Below, piece after piece: positions 1 to 13,400 of a stretch of DNA of 64,000 bases (positions are counted from its first letter, which is position 1; each line of letters starts with the position of its first letter). This DNA is from Octopus sinensis (Eukaryota). Location: assembly GCF_006345805.1 (NCBI RefSeq), contig NC_043005.1, positions 21,390,001 through 21,454,000 of the forward strand, given 5' to 3'. The notes under the pieces are model-generated. The model was not told where the DNA came from, searched no databases, and saw nothing but the letters and a program-made list of their open reading frames with translations. Made by a program: the position numbers and the translations under genes.

Positions 1-559
1 GCTTGACAAAACAAAGAGTTGTCAACCAAACATGAACTTTTTAATCTTTGTACCTTCCAGTTTTATCCACCTCAAACTTATTCTGTTATGGCTTCAAGAA
101 TATAACATCCTTAATACAAGTATTATGATATAATGTACACATATAGTTTTTAAGGTGGTTGATAAATGAGCAGTGAGATCACAGTGTTGAGAGGATACTT
201 TATTGTCCAGAATATGATAACAATCTGTGTAATGCTGGTGCCATGAAGAAATACACCTTGGACACTCTGTAAAGTAGTTGGTGTTAGGAAGGGTATCCAG
301 ACAAGAAACCATGCCAAATAAAACATACAGGTGAGAAGTGGTCTCCAACTCTGTCTCTGGTTTGAAGGGCATAACTTTACAATGCTTGGAGTTTCTACCA
401 ATCGCAGTAGAGCACCATTGACATGCATAATGATATGGATATTCCCGGCTGGAAAAAATGTAATGATATGGATAATCTTGAATGTATGTTTTTATTTTTG
501 TCTGTTTATTACTAGGCACAGTTTTAACTTTGTCATACTGTTTACACCAATATCATGGA

Positions 560-1790
560 ATGTTACCAAATGAGGTTTATTTTTCAACATAGACCCCCTT
601 GCAGTCTACACACATCTTCAATCAGTGTTGCAGTGCTTGGATTCTATTGCTGAAGAAGCTTTCATCCTGTTGGTCAAAAATGTCATCAACAGCAGATGTG
701 GCATTATCATCACTGTGATATTGGTTCCCAGCCAAGTGTTTTTTCATGTTGGGGAACAAATGGGGGGGGGGGGGAATCAGGAGAATAGGGAAGGTGATCA
801 AACTGTTCAAAGTTACAGTCACATACAGCAGCCATTGAAAGCAAGGAGTTGTGTGCAGGAGTATTGTTGTGATAAAACAAGATGCTGTTCACCAGTTTTT
901 CCATTTGTTTGATCTTGATGGATTCTTGTAACTTTTTCAGTAAGTTGACATAGTACTTGCCAAGATGGTGTGGTCCTTTTGAAAATAATCAATAAACACA
1001 ATGCTATTTGCATCCCAAAGAACTGAAGCTGTTACATTCCATGCATATGAAATGTCTTTGGCCTTCTTTGGAGCAGGTGAGAAGGGATGTTTCCATTGCA
1101 TAGATTGTCCCTCTGTTTCTGGTTCAGAGTGATAAAGCCAACACTCATCCTGAATTAGAAAACATTCAGAGAGACAATTGGATCTGCTTCAAACAATGTC
1201 AGATTTTTCCATGATGTGATTACTCTGGTATACTTTTAATCAGGCGTCAGAAGACATGATACCCATCAAGCAGAAACCTTCATCACACCATGTTCATTGC
1301 ATAGAGTAAACTCAACTCTCTTCTGTGATATACTAATAACATTGGCTATTTGATTTATAGTCAGTCTCCTATCATCCATAAGCATGTGGTGAACACAATC
1401 AATGTTTTCTTTGATAGTCAGAGTTGCTGAACATCCAGACTTTGGGTTGTCTTCAAGACTCTCTTACCCCTCCCAAATTCAGCTGCCCATTTTGCACTGT
1501 TGATAAAGCTGGAGTGTCATCCCTTAATGTAGCAAACATGTCAGTATGAATGTCTTTGTGGGCTAAACCCTTTTTATGCAGGTACTTAATAATAGCATGA
1601 TGCCAAATTTTATTAATTTTGAACAGAAGTTGCTACTTGCTACTTTTGAAGTCTACTTTGAACAGTCAGATATAAGTTTACCTGGAAGGAAACACTGCAG
1701 TTATTAATAAGGAGAGTTGAAATTAGTTGAAATTTCACAGCTGTAGCATCAATTCTTCATAGTCAGCGCATGAACTTTTCAACCCACCCT
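560..1790 (-). mobile_element. Degenerate mariner transposon
   Basis: Minus-strand fragments HLPYSPD, HLFPNMKKHLAG, IIFKRT; TIR-like agggtgggttgaaaagttcatg at about 1769-1790; left boundary approximate. Confidence 0.75.
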
Positions 1791-1844
1791 TGTTTGTTTG
1801 TTTGTATGTATGTAGGTAGGTAGGCTATGGTGCACAAGTACCTG

Positions 1845-2170
1845 TTACATTAGACTGGACACCTTATTAGATGAAGGCTAGCAGGATCCCTAAACAGATG
1901 CTATATAGGGAACTGTGATTTAAAGACTGTGTCAAGTCCTCATTAAAGGTTTGTGATATGCAGGAGACTGACTGGGAGAGCAATGCCTGTCATCACCACA
2001 GATGGAGGAAGAGGATAAGGAGGGAGTCGACCCCTTTGAGAGAGTATTATTCTGCATGAATAACTTACATGTGCTGCTCAAAAGTGCACTGATGGTGTAG
2101 TGAATGAGGAAAGCTTAGTTTGCAGTCGTGCATGCTTGTCAAGAGGGCTCATTAGCCACCAATAAAGCCG
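1845..2170 (+). mobile_element. RTE-clade LINE 3' fragment
   Basis: LDWTP/RMKASRIPKQMLY...DWESNA...RW motif of RTE ORF2 C-terminus; frameshifted. Confidence 0.6.
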
Positions 2171-3479
2171 CAAATGTAAAATATAAGTTAGTCCTAGAGC
2201 GCACAAACTTCCTCAAGGTCAGCAATGAGCTTTCTTGGTTATGAGTGGCTGGCCATCAGATAGGTAGCTAGCTAGCTTGCTAGGTCAGTTAGTCAGTCTA
2301 TTGATTGGTTAGTCAGCCAATTAGTCAGTCGTTTGGTTGGTTATAAATATAGGGAAATAATACTCAAAGCAGAAGTATACAAAATTCGTTTTCATCAACA
2401 TTTAAAATCCATGTTCCTTGCTAGCATACATTAGACGATTTTACAATATCCAATACCTCCAAAGAATCATCATTTTCCAGTGTGTACTGGGAGTCTTTAC
2501 ATGCCACTAGCACCATTGCAGTCACCATACAGCTCTAACCAGCTGATAAACCAAATAACCAACCAAGGGCCAGGTAATGATATTAAACTGGATGATGGAT
2601 GATACATACATACATACATTCATTCATCCAACGAAGTGTAGAAACTTATTCTCTCCAGCAGGCTTTCACATAGTCCCCATCCACTAAATTTCCTCTACAA
2701 GGCTTAATTGTGATGTGAATTTCATCATGACACCAGTATTACACAAGTTGTCATCATATTTTTGACAAGATAAGACAGAAGATCGGCTTTATGCTAGGGA
2801 ATGAGACATTAAAGTTTGAGAGAAGAGGATCATGGGATAAAGCAGATTCTTCTCAGATAGCTGAATATTTACTTGCATTTAGTTGATGGGGAGAGAATTA
2901 TCAGAATTAGCTAGATTGTTAAAATGAAGTCTTCCAGGTGACCCTGAAGTTATAAGGTGAGTAGAAATGGGTGGCAGGTTTGCATGATTGTATGGGGTAG
3001 AGATGAAGGGATGAGGAGGCAGTGTGCAACAGTAAAATATTAGGTAATGTTAAAGAGCAATGACTGATCATTCATGAGTTGGGGAAATGAAAGGGATGCA
3101 GAAGAGTGTGGGTGGTGTTGAGAGCAAAAGGATAGTAATAATACAGTTGACAGGGGGAAGACAAGAGAGAGTAATGACAAAGTAGGGTAGGCTTGGCGCA
3201 GTGCATGATGAGAAGCAGTTTGGTTCCTTAGAGGAGGTGATTCAGTATCATGTGGGTGGAGAACACGATAAATAAAGTCCTTCCAGAACACAGTTCCATT
3301 GAGTGAACAGGTTGTCTCCAGAATCTCATATACTCACATATCCCAGTTCTTTGTTATCTCCCCGATCTTGAGATCAGCCCTCATCTCTTCATTCCATACT
3401 TCCTGGCTCTTCCTGTTCCACAAATTCACTTATTCTAGCAAATGTACATTCAGAACAACTGCCAGCACTGCTAATTAGG

Positions 3480-3700
3480 TGGCCTAGGAGACAGAAACTA
3501 GCTACAACTACTATGGAACCTCACATGCATTTGAGAAAATCCAGTTCCCATGTGCTTTTAGTGTCTATAGTTCCTGCACATCTACCACATACAGAGATTA
3601 ATTTCTTGTGATTTCACTGCACCTCTGATGTATCTATATTTTACACTGAGTACATCACATGAAATTCAAGCCAAATCCTTTCCTATATATAAAGTAGGGC
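3480..3700 (-). mobile_element. RTE LINE fragment just upstream of C1 (same breakpoint upstream of C6 at about 51540-51800)
   Basis: Homologous to the Cys-rich ORF2 segment of the RTE copies at 25.7, 33.4 and 62.5 kb. Confidence 0.6.
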
Positions 3701-3752
3701 ATACACATAATATACATTCACCATTGGTATCAACTTCTGTTTTCAATTTCAG

Positions 3753-3923
3753 CCTATGCAAACATTGACTGTGAAACTCCAAAGGAAGTTGTTGGTGCAC
3801 TAAAGTCCTACAAAACTACCATCTATAAATCTGTAGTGACCTATACTTGTCCAAAGGGAGAACAGCTAAAGTCAATATGTGAAATGAACAACAAATGGAC
3901 TCCAGTGGCAAAAACATGTAAAG
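3753..3923 (+). CDS. Exon C1, Sushi/CCP domain
   Basis: tttcag|CC...AAAG|gtaatg; [56 protein letters not shown]; 171 nt, phase 1-1. Confidence 0.9.
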
Positions 3924-6900
3924 GTAATGTAAATAGCTTCTCTTTTGTTGTCTCTGTCTAAGTAATTTTTTAAAATTTTCATGTTGAATGTTTTTGACAG
4001 AAGAAACTCACTGAAAATACAACTTCCACTGTGTTTGTCGGAAGTGTTTAGTCAGTACCATCAACCCTACTATTTGACTGGTACTTTTATGTTAGTCACC
4101 CCTACAAGTATGACATCAGCTTGATTTGAACTTATACCCAAAAGACCCTAATACAGGCTGTAAAGCATTTCTTCCATTTTTTAAATTAGTATATATATCA
4201 TCATCAGCAGCAGCAGCATTGTTTCTGCTGCTGCTGTCAACACCACCATCACCGCTACCATTACCATTTTCATCATCATCATCATCATCGTCTGTTTTCT
4301 ATGTTAGCAGGGCTGGATGGTTTGAGAAGGAGGCTTGAGGATTTCATGACATAGCTGCTTCAGTCATGACTAGCTTGTTAAAATATATAAGTAACAACTC
4401 ATTGTAATCAATTTATATTTATTGTTTAGGCACATAGTTAAGCATTATTAGAGAAAGCAATGAGATTGTGTGATATTCATGCCTTTCTAAAGGTCATTAA
4501 CTATGTAAAGTGAACTGACTCACACCATTCCGTTCATATTTATACTAAAAGAACAATTAAGGAAGAATACTCAATGTCATTTCCTGCAACAAAAACAAAT
4601 GGTAAAGTGTTTACTTATTGAACCAAGATATGATTAGCTAAAATTTTTACCATCAGTGTTTGTGGAAAAATTATCATATTAAAAATTTATTCTGGTCATG
4701 ATATTCAGATGTGACAATCTTGTAAAGATGATCTCTTTTTACTTCATTTCATTCAAAGTATAATTTTGTTGAATTAAAATTTCTTAACTTGCCACATTAA
4801 GGTGTGAGTGTTCATCTTTACTACATATTTTCATTTATTCACTAGATGATGAAAGGGAAATTATTTTTGTATTCCCTGGTAAAACATCGCAAAATAGTAA
4901 AGTGGTGAGTTGTAGTACATGCCATGATTAAGCATATGTAGTTATGTCCTTTTACACATTACATTCAAATCCCAGCATGCTGTACTTCACTGTTCATAAT
5001 TCTGAGGCTGATAAAACAAGCACTGGTCAAGTTCTAGTTCTAAGATTGATTTACTTTCATGAATCCTCACTGCTGAATGCATGGCCTTGTGTTTAAGTTA
5101 GGAAACATTATTATTAATATTGTTATCATCAACAATAATTATAATTATTCTTCTTGTTAAGGGTGACGGATTGACAGGATCATTAAAGCATCAGACAAAA
5201 GGTTTTTGTGGTATTTCTTCAGGCTCTTTAACCACTGAATTCAGATCTTACTAGTGTTAAATTTTCCCTTCCTGAACCAATAAGATAAAATACCATTGAA
5301 GTGTAGAGGCCAATTTACTTGACCAATTCTGATCACAAAGATTTCTTTGTTTGAAATTGTGTTGTTATTTTTCATCGGTCTAAATTTTATTTTAACTCTA
5401 GATTCTGAAATCCATTTTGTAAAAGTAAAAGGTGCAGCTATGGATGTATTTGGGAAAATATTATGGAATAAGAAAAAAGTAACAGTGGAAGCCTGTGCAC
5501 AAAAATGTTTGACTGACAAAAAATGTTTATCATTTGAAATTAATAAAAAAAATCGAAAATGTTACTTCTTAGCGGTAACTGCAGCTACCTCTAAGAAAAT
5601 GAAAAAAGACAACAGCAGAGATTATTACCAACGAGTAGAACGTAATTATTCTTTGTGTTTCACTTTTCCTCCTTTTCTGAAATTTATGATTCCATTTGTA
5701 CTTCATCGTATGTAAACAGCCATTTCTGTAATGACATTGATAGGTATACCTATAAAAGGTATCCCTATGAATTTTTGAAAATATTTAACTCTAATTTCTA
5801 CTGTTATTTTTTCTTGGAGAGAAAATAATTGATACCTCATTTGCAGATACACAGATATACACAAACAAACACACATGCATGTGCATGTATGCACACCATA
5901 CAAATTACATACCTATATATGCATGTATAGGTATAGAAAAATACAGAGATATACAAATTGTTATCAAAAAGTCTATGACATAGACCAGTCCACTTCCAGA
6001 GGAACTTTTATTGAAACACATCTGATAATCAATAATCAGCCCCTTCAAGCTGTAGGAAGATTCACTTTCATTGGGAGTATGCTGTCAAAGAGTGTTCACA
6101 TTGGTGATGTACTGAATACAAAGATAGTAAAAAGCAGCTCTGCCTTTGGACATCTTTGTCTCTAGGTTTACCTAGAAACGTGAAACATGATATATACAAA
6201 ACTGTTGCAGTAATTACATTACATTATGGATATGGAATCTGAACAGTTTACAAAAGACACACTATAGAATCACTTTCACCAATCATGCCTGTGAAAAGTT
6301 CACTGCAGCAAGTGGCAATATAAAATTCCAAATAACTACTGCACTAGTGAGAGCTAGTATGTTGAACTCACAGTTGTCTCTCAGTCTTGTGGTGAACTGA
6401 AGAACAGAAACAAAGACACTCTCAAGACAAATTGTAGCTTAGAGCAGTCTGTTGGGGTAACATCTTGCTCCAGGATGTTCACTGTGCCATAGTTCTGTGT
6501 ACTCTAAAGTGCAGAACTGAGAATCAGAAATGATCAGAAAAACTATTATGTGTTTCCATTCTTATTGTGGATTTTATGCTACTATTGGGCCTACACTCAG
6601 CATTGGAACACACAAAGAGTAAAGCTGTAAATCTGGTTATCTTCAAAGACATTAAGGATGAACATCATTTTAACATATATCCCCAAATCCCAAACTGGTG
6701 AAATATCGATACCAATCATTCCTGAATGGGATTTTGGGTGTGTTGTCTCACTTGTCTATGGCTTTCAAGTATTTTGTCATCCAGCACTTTGAGGGAATCA
6801 GCACCACCATGCTGGATTGCAGCCTAACAGCAAACTAGCAAAACAAATACATAGAGTTTGTATTCAGTAATGTTTACAACACTAACACATCCTCTAATTC

Positions 6901-7281
6901 AAATTTGAATTTAATTTTACATCTGCATTGTTGCAGCATGCCAGCGAATGGATTTTACTCTATGTGTATATAGTTATAGAATGGTGATTCAGTTTGCCTG
7001 AGATTCAATTCAGGGACATATTATTGATAAGCCAAAAAAATGGCGAAATATTGATATCCATTGCTCCTGAATGAGATTTAGGGTGAGTTGTCATACCTGT
7101 CTGTGACTTTCAGGTGCTTTAACACCCAATACCCAACACTTTAAAGGAGTCATCTCCACTGCTTTAAACTGCAACCTATTGGTGAACAAGAACGAGCAAT
7201 GCTCACACACTGAGCATATGTCAAATACACACACGCGCAGACACACACACTCACACACACACACACTCACACACTCACACA

Positions 7282-7321
<40 letters not shown>

Positions 7322-7365
7322 AATCATCTCTACCGCCATGGCTATTCCCTTTGATTTTACTTCTG

Positions 7366-7438
<73 letters not shown>

Positions 7439-10400
7439 TTGCGGCCAAAATGTTCAGAGCGGCATTGTTTTCGTCAGAAAAGTAGGTATAAGTTTTTATC
7501 AAAGTTGTTTTATATTCTATAATTTTCACAGACAATAAATACGATATTATTTGTTATTGTCTGAGATTTTGGTGTAATTTGAGAGGATATACAAAAGTTA
7601 TGGATGATTTAGTGATTTACTGCAAAACCCATGGCGGCCAAAATGATCAGAACGGTTGCTTTTACTTCATGTTTTAGTATATTTAACCAGCGAACTCTAA
7701 TGTTTTGAATTTGTTTACATGACGGTTCATTTACTAAACATGCCGTAAGAATATCTGCAGTGTATTTTGTTAATATAATGCCACTTACTCCGTTACCAAT
7801 TTGTCAGCAGATTATTAAGCTTCGAAAGAAGGATAATTTAAGTATTGGGTCTATTGCAAAGATTGTTAACAAGTCAAAAAGTGTTGTTCATGGTATTCTT
7901 AAGGTCTACGATGATTGTGGTTCGTGTGAAGCAAGAAAGTCTACAGGTAGGCCAAGAAAAACGACCAAGAGAGAAGATCGTGCTATGGTAAGGTTGGTTA
8001 AAAAGGTTAGATTTAAAACTGCTGCTGCTGTTTCTCGGGAAATGAACATTGTACTGAAGAAAACTTTATCTCGAAAAACTGTCTCATCGTTTAGTTGAAC
8101 ATGACCTACAAGCAAGAGCACCTGCAGTGAAGCCACTGATCAGCTCCAAGAATAAAAAGTGTCGTCTTACCTTTGCAACCGAACATGTGTTGTGGTCTCA
8201 AGAAAAATGGCAAACGGTGCATTTCAGTGATGAATGTAAGTCTATGTTATTTGGCTCAGATGGGAAAAAGTACGTTCGTCGAAAAGCAGGTAAAAAAATT
8301 GTCGCCTAAATGCCTTAAGACTAATGTTAAATTCGGTGGAGAAAGTGTCATTGTTTGGGGGATGATATCTGGAGATGGTGTGGGCCCTTTTGTGTGATTA
8401 CATGGAAAGACAAATGCAGGAGTTTATAAACAACTTGTAAAAGATCATGTCTTGCCTGTGCTGAGAAATTCAACTAAGCGACCACCCATATTCATGCAGG
8501 ACAATGCCCCATGTCACAAGGCTAAGGCGGTCATAAACTTCCTCAAAGCTGAAAAGGTTATTATTATGGATTGGCTTGCTCAAAGCCCAGATCTCAATCC
8601 TATTGAAAACATGTGCTGGGGTCGGAAAGACAACATCCAGGTCTCCTGGAGAACGTTCGAAAGCCAGAAATCCTAAAACAACCGAGCAATTATGGAATGC
8701 CCTTCAGGAAGAATGGAATAAGATCACCCAGCAAGAAATTGAAAATTTAATTTCCTCATGCAGTCGAAGATGTCAAAGTTTGATTGAAGCTAAAGGGCTT
8801 CACACTAAATATGAAATAATTCCAGCATTCTCTGTCATTCTTGATTATTTTGTTATTTTTTCAACCGTTCTGACCATTTTGGCCACCATGGGTTTTGCAG
8901 TAAATCACTATATCATCCATAACTTTTGTATTATCCACTCAAATTACATCAAAATCTCAGACAATACCAATTAATATTGTATTTATTGTCTGTGAAAATT
9001 ATAGAATATAGAACAACTTTGATAAAAACTTATATCTACTTTTCTGACGAAAACAATGCCATTCTGAACATTTTGGCCGCAACTGTATATATATATATAT
9101 ATATATATGTACACTTTTTATTAAAGCTGCAAAATAATCACATAACTGTTATCCAGTTTCACATTCCTGTTCATCAGGCAGTTGGGATGAAACTTTTATG
9201 CACTTGGTGTATGTATATGCACAGGGTGTGATGGGTAAATTGTTGCCATTTTATACTTTTAATTTTGCACATGCGCAGTGTTTCTTTTTGATTTCGTTGA
9301 CTACACAGTATAGTAGGGTCAGTTGAGCACCATCTGTGAGAAAAGCACTACCATGACGCAATTCACTCTACCAGAAATTTGTAAATGACATGCTATACTG
9401 CTTGGCATTTGTGCCAGAAGCTCCAATATGAACATTTCAAAGTGTTTGGGCATCATTCTGAGGACAGTGCAGAGGATTTGGACTCCAACTAACATGGTTG
9501 GATCTTAGACACCATAAATTAGTAATGTACATGCAATATTTTGGTTTGTAATCAATATTTGTATGGGCTTCATCTATGCTTTGAAGGAAGACTTTGATAC
9601 TGAAGCTAAAACCAAAATAGTTGAATAGTTGCTCAAGATTTAACAAATTTTAGCATATTTTTCATAATATACATAGTGTGTTCCAAATGGTTTTTATTCC
9701 AACAAATTGCGACCTATGGTATTACGGGAACAGGCTATTATTGCTACTACTTAGACAATGCAGTTTGAAATCTACATCAGTTTGTACATGTAATACAACC
9801 TACTTATATCATTTCAGTGGTTGTTTTTTTTTCCAGTTTAACAGAAGCAATGCATGGACCATGCAGGCAGTTATACATACCCCAGGAAAGGTCTTTTTCT
9901 GACCTCAGGGGCCCCATTACTTATTATGGGAAAACTTTTAGAAGTCTAAAACCATCTCCTAAACATATGTCATGTATGTTCTCAGTATGGAGAAAATCAG
10001 TTGCAAACTTCAGAACTTCTGCAGTTTTACACAAACACACACACATCCTTAGTTTTACATATATAAATTGACCATTTACACAACTTTGTACAATGTGCTT
10101 TGCAATATTTAATATAAGTGTGTGTGTGTGTATGCACATGTGTCTCTGTGTGTATCTCTGTGTGTGTGTGTGTGTGTGTCTGTGTGTGCATGTGGGCAGG
10201 CACGCACACACATATGTATAATGTATTTTTTGTTTTCTATTGTTTTGCAGCTGATGAGAAGCCTATTATATTAAAAAAAGTTAGCATACCGAAGAAGTTT
10301 ATTTTAGAAAAGCTTAAGCATAAGACCTTACAGCAGTGTAATGAAACTTGCTATCAACATCCAGTATGTAGTTCTTATGAGTACAATAAGAAAGCTAAAT

Positions 10401-13400
10401 TGTGTGCTCTGAGCAAAGTGGCTCAGTTGTCTGGTAAACTTAAACCTAACTATGGAAGCTGGGATGTATTCATGATTCACCAAGGTCAGTAGAATGTTTC
10501 CATTTAATTTATTGTCTGCATGATTGTGTATATTTACATATACATATGTGATTGTACTAATGTGTGTGTACATTAATATATACTGCTCTACATCTTGGAG
10601 TGCACTTCTCTGGGTTTATGTTTTCCATAAACAATATGTGTGTGTGTGTGTAATAGGTTAAGAGGATACACAGTCATGACACAAAATACAACACTAATTT
10701 TTATGAGAGAGTATATAAACTTCCATATATGATTATTATGAAAGATTTTTTTTCAATTTTATTCCAGTATGAAGTTATTTCAGATGACTGAAACCAATGC
10801 ATATTTTCTTTGTTTTCCATGATAAAGTCTCCCAAACATTTTCATCTTTTACATATTTTTTCAACACACACATGTGCATGCGTGCACATGCACACACACA
10901 GAAGTGGAAAGACAGGTAGACACAGATTGGCTTATTGTGTATAATTACATGGAAATACAAAATACAGAGTATGGAATAAAGAATACAGAATAAATGAAAA
11001 GTTATGTCTTGTCTTGACGGCTGATTCAAATAAATGACAGCTTACACCATTACCACATTCATATATTATAGAATCTCATGATGTTATTAGTGTACAGAAT
11101 AATATGACATCCTATGTATCTGTTAAGTGAAGCCACATCATTCTTCTGATGAAGATGAACTGGCTTCACTTAATGTATCCATTGGAACTTATGTATTCAA
11201 TACATCATTATTATGTATGAACATGTTTATGACTTAAACTATGGTTTGCTCAAAACAACTGTCATGGTAAGACTATTACATAGATCATTTTGTTTATTTT
11301 TTTATTCTTTATTTTGTATTCCATGAAAATACAACCATGCTAGCATGGAAAGCAGACGCTAAATGATGATAAACCTTTCTGAGTTTATCTGCCTTTCTAC
11401 TTCCATACCAGCTCAATGAGGATCATTCTTATTGGTGACATTCTACACTTGAGGCACATGCCCTTGATTAAGGAGTTGGATTTTAAGTTCTCATTTATAC
11501 AAGTACTACTCCATGGATATCTATACCATGCCTCCTTTGCATTCTCCAGCACTTCACAATATGTACACACACACACACATATCATAATTGTCATCATCAT
11601 CATCATCAACTTTTAATGTCCATTTTCCATCCTGGTATGGGTTAGATGGTTTGGCCAAAGCTGGCAAATCAGAGAGCTGCACCAGGTTCCTGTTTGATTT
11701 GGCTTGGTTTCTATGGCTAGATGCTCTTCTTAATGCCAACCACTCTAGAGTGTGTACTGGGTGCTTTTAACATGGCACTGGCATGGGCACTTTTGCATGG
11801 TGCCAGCATGTACTTTTTATGTGGCATGAGAACTGACACAATGTTCTTGTAGGTCAATCTTCTTCATCAGGGGATTAGCCTTAACACTTCTGCTGTGGAG
11901 GACAGGTCTTCTTGTGTACAGCAAGGTGCCACGTATCTCAGTCCAAAAGTTCAGTTCTTCATCCTATGTCTTCCTAGGTCTACCCCTTCCATGAGTTCTA
12001 TCCACTTTGAGTGATCAGCACTTTTTTTGTGAAGCTGTTGACATCCATCCACATCACATGGTCAAACCAGTGCAGTCTTCTCTGTTGCACACTGCATCTA
12101 ATTCCTGCTATGCCAAGCTTTTCTCTCAATACACTTGCAATTTCTCACATATGTACTCTTACATAACACATCCTGTGGAGCATACTAGCCTTATTCCTCT
12201 CTAGCCTTCACATGTCCTCTACATTTGGGGCCCATGTCTCACTACCATATAGAATTGTTGTTTGTATAGATGCATCATATGCCATTACTTTCACTTGGAA
12301 AGAGAGTTATAGCCCAAGTAGGCTTTACTCCAAGGAAGAAGCACTATTGATGGTATTTTCATAGTCAGGAAACTACAAGAGAAGTACTTAGTTAAGAATA
12401 AACCATTATACTTGTCATTTGCTGATCTAGAAAAAGCCTTTGATAGAGTACCCCACTGTGAGACACACTGGGTTCTGAGAAAGCTAGAAGTAGAAGAGTG
12501 GCTTCTGAAAGCTGTACATGCCATGTACAGGGATGCTGTCAGTAAGGTGAGAGTTAACAAAGAATTTGATGTATAGATAGGTATTCATCCTTGAGGAGTT
12601 GTTTGCAAGTGTTCACATTGAGCCTGGTCATTGGTCAGTTTATGAGGAGCTTTTTGACAGTGTCTGTTCACAAGGCTAAGCTTATGGATGTGTTTACTGA
12701 TGGGGCTTTGTGAAACCATCAGTGTATGAATACTTGTGCTTGGTTGTTGTTCAGCTACTTCAAGTAAGGCCTCATTTTCCATTACAAGCTCTCCTGGACC
12801 TTGGTGTCACCTTCCTTGAAACATTTGAACCAGTTTTGTACCACATATTTGGTGACAGTTCCTGAATCTTCCATATCATTAATTTCTTTTGCTGCTTCAT
12901 TTTCACTCAGTCCTTTTTTCCACAAGTAGTGAAAATGGCTCTAATTGCAATTATCTCACCATTCATTTTCAATGCTGTAAAATAAAGAGTAAACAATTAA
13001 TGCATATATGTTATATAGTGAAATAAAGGATAAAGAATCAGCAATGATAAGACAAGAAGTTGTTTCAAATTATTGATACAACATGGAGATACAAGTTGCC
13101 AAAAATCATTAGTGAAAATTTGAAAAAACTTTTGATTCTCATAATTTTTAAATATCTGTATGTATATAAGGCAAGATGTGTGTGTGTGTGTGTACGTGAT
13201 TGTAGTTTATGCACATCCACAAATTAGCACGCATGTTGCTCAAATTTTAGGAGGACGTTCGTCAACATCCTATCTGGGTTTTGTCAATTTATTTTTTTCC
13301 CGAGGCACCCGTGGATAGCGGTAAAAATTTATTTTCAGCCATAGCTTTTAGTGGTAAAAATCTATTTTCAGCCATAGCTTTTTGATGGCGTCTAACAAAA

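Noticed and set aside
94-573. ORFs 94-519(-), 150-428(-) and 331-573(+) and a short AATGATATGGATA duplication
   Set aside because: They overlap a decayed RTE-type UTR repeat; no domain pattern and no phase-compatible exon found.
4451-4490. SECIS-like reading of the conserved ATGA hairpin
   Set aside because: No apical AAR and no correctly spaced GA quartet; there is no in-frame UGA to recode.
5241-5519. Antisense ORFs over PAN-A exons (also 31133-31339, 39773-39973, 54435-54623)
   Set aside because: Shadow ORFs of the sense exons; no independent coding signal.
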